From the IMG/VR virus record IMGVR_UViG_3300012665_001423, positions 1 to 26,364 of that record: a DNA stretch of 26,364 nucleotides; one strand, 5' to 3'. This document shows positions 25,281-26,364 of the stretch, piece by piece (the first letter of the stretch is position 1; each line of letters begins with the position of its first letter). The translations under genes were made by a program, and so were the position numbers. The notes under the pieces are model-generated. The model did no database searches, was not told the origin of the DNA, and was given only the letters and a program-made list of their open reading frames with translations. Source of the DNA: a virus (taxonomy: Duplodnaviria > Caudoviricetes).

Positions 25281-26171
25281 ATGCCCCTAACTAAAGAACA
25301 GATCGCCGCCCTGCCGACCGCAACCTGGACGCGCGAACAATACGATGCCCATAAGGACGCGCTTAACCAAAGCGGCTGCAAGGCCATCTTGCATTCCCCG
25401 CAGCACTACCAGGCCGAACTGACTAACCCGCGCAAGGATACCGCCGCCCTGCGTATCGGCAGGCTTACCCATATGGCGGCCCTGCAGCCCGATGATTTCG
25501 CCGCCCTGGTTATCTGCGAACCCGAAGATGCGCCGAAGCGCCCGACCGAAAAGCAGGCTACCGCGAAGAAGCCGAAGCCCGAACATATCGAAGCGCTGCA
25601 GTTCTGGCAGGCCTTCGACAGCCAGGCCGCTGGCAAGATCGTTGCCGACCGCGATGAATACCTGGAATCGCTGGCCTATGCTAACGCGCTCAAGGCCGAA
25701 CTTGCCCATTGGCAGGTTAAGCCGCTGGCAACCGAACTTTGCCTGATCGCTGATTACGGCGCTACCCCGCTGAAATCTCAGATCGATCTGATCGGCGCTG
25801 ACGGATTCATCTACGACCTGAAAACCTTTACGGGTTACGCAACGCCGCAGAACATCCTTCGCGAAATCTATGCAAGGGGTTATCACTTGCAGGGGGCGTT
25901 CTATCAGTTGATTTATAAACTTGTTTTCGGCGAACGGCCCGCAGGTTTTCGCCTGGTATTCGTAGAGAAGTCCGCGCCTTACGCGACCGCTACCTTTGAA
26001 CTGTCGCGCGAACTGATCGCCGAAGGCGGCGTTCTTCTGCAGCAGGCGATCGAAGCCTACAACGCGGCCCGCGAACTGAATCATTGGCCCGCCTACCCGA
26101 AGCAGATCATTACCCTGCAGCCGCGCGCCCTGGGCGGCAGCCAGGCCGATAACGGCATTACCTTCGCCTAA
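25281..26171 (+). CDS. PD-(D/E)xK exonuclease, RecE/ExoVIII-like (DUF3799-type)
   Basis: LNQSGCK...SPQHY, ALRIGRLTH, KSQID, IYDLKT, YHLQGAFY and FVEKSAPY motifs. Confidence 0.88.
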   Translation: MPLTKEQIAALPTATWTREQYDAHKDALNQSGCKAILHSPQHYQAELTNPRKDTAALRIGRLTHMAALQPDDFAALVICEPEDAPKRPTEKQATAKKPKPEHIEALQFWQAFDSQAAGKIVADRDEYLESLAYANALKAELAHWQVKPLATELCLIADYGATPLKSQIDLIGADGFIYDLKTFTGYATPQNILREIYARGYHLQGAFYQLIYKLVFGERPAGFRLVFVEKSAPYATATFELSRELIAEGGVLLQQAIEAYNAARELNHWPAYPKQIITLQPRALGGSQADNGITFA

Positions 26172-26191
26172 CCCTTAACCTCCCTAATCCT

Positions 26192-26364
26192 ATGATCCCT
26201 GAATCCAATAAGCAGAAACTTATGCCCATCGCCCAGCCTGGGCGCTATACTGTCCGCGTCTGCAAGCTGCGCGAAGATGATATCGGCCTTACCTCCAAGG
26301 GCGATGTTAAGGTTCGCGTTCTGCTGGTTACGAATGACAGCCAGAAGATTAACGAACTGTTCTA
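26192..26364 (+). CDS. Partial ORF, possible DUF669-like ssDNA-binding protein (runs off the window)
   Basis: MIPESNKQKLMPIAQPGRYTVRVCKL...SKGD; PGxY motif after an exonuclease gene; open to the window end. Confidence 0.5.
   Translation, partial: MIPESNKQKLMPIAQPGRYTVRVCKLREDDIGLTSKGDVKVRVLLVTNDSQKINELF

Noticed and set aside
1-26364. tRNA, integrase/att site, repressor, reverse transcriptase or DGR repeats
   Set aside because: No cloverleaf, recombinase or RT motifs and no template/variable repeat pair seen; lifestyle cannot be determined from this window

Overview
This window is a contiguous piece of a GC-rich tailed dsDNA phage (or prophage) with a lambda-like head and probably a non-contractile tail. 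All credible genes lie on the + strand. The late/structural module (47-19449) runs: terminase small subunit, metallophosphoesterase, HTH protein, GpA-type terminase large subunit, gpW-like adaptor, portal, S49 protease, scaffold-like protein, major capsid, a moron, neck/tail genes, tape measure, tail tip/fibre, and a membrane/lysis cluster. An early/recombination module (19712-end) follows, with small ORFs, a lytic transglycosylase, RuvC-like resolvase, ERF, HTH proteins, a short C5-cytosine methyltransferase and a RecE-like exonuclease. The most striking non-coding signals are: (1) seven copies of a compact motif CGTTTGAC-N6-7-GCAA-N3-TA, found only in the late module, where the final A is the A of the start codon in three cases (candidate unconventional late promoter giving leaderless mRNAs); (2) a G-U-rich 64-nt hairpin directly behind one copy, whose bulged seed UGGGUUGUGGG is complementary to a repeated leader element in front of three early genes, including ERF and the exonuclease (candidate late-to-early silencing sRNA); (3) a moron with a sigma70 promoter, a boxA-like leader and duplicated terminators; (4) two inverted degenerate ~90-bp elements bracketing the tail/lysis genes; (5) apparently complete avoidance of CCGG, CATG, GTAC and ACGT. 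Protein calls rest on motifs and synteny read by eye; no database searches were run.
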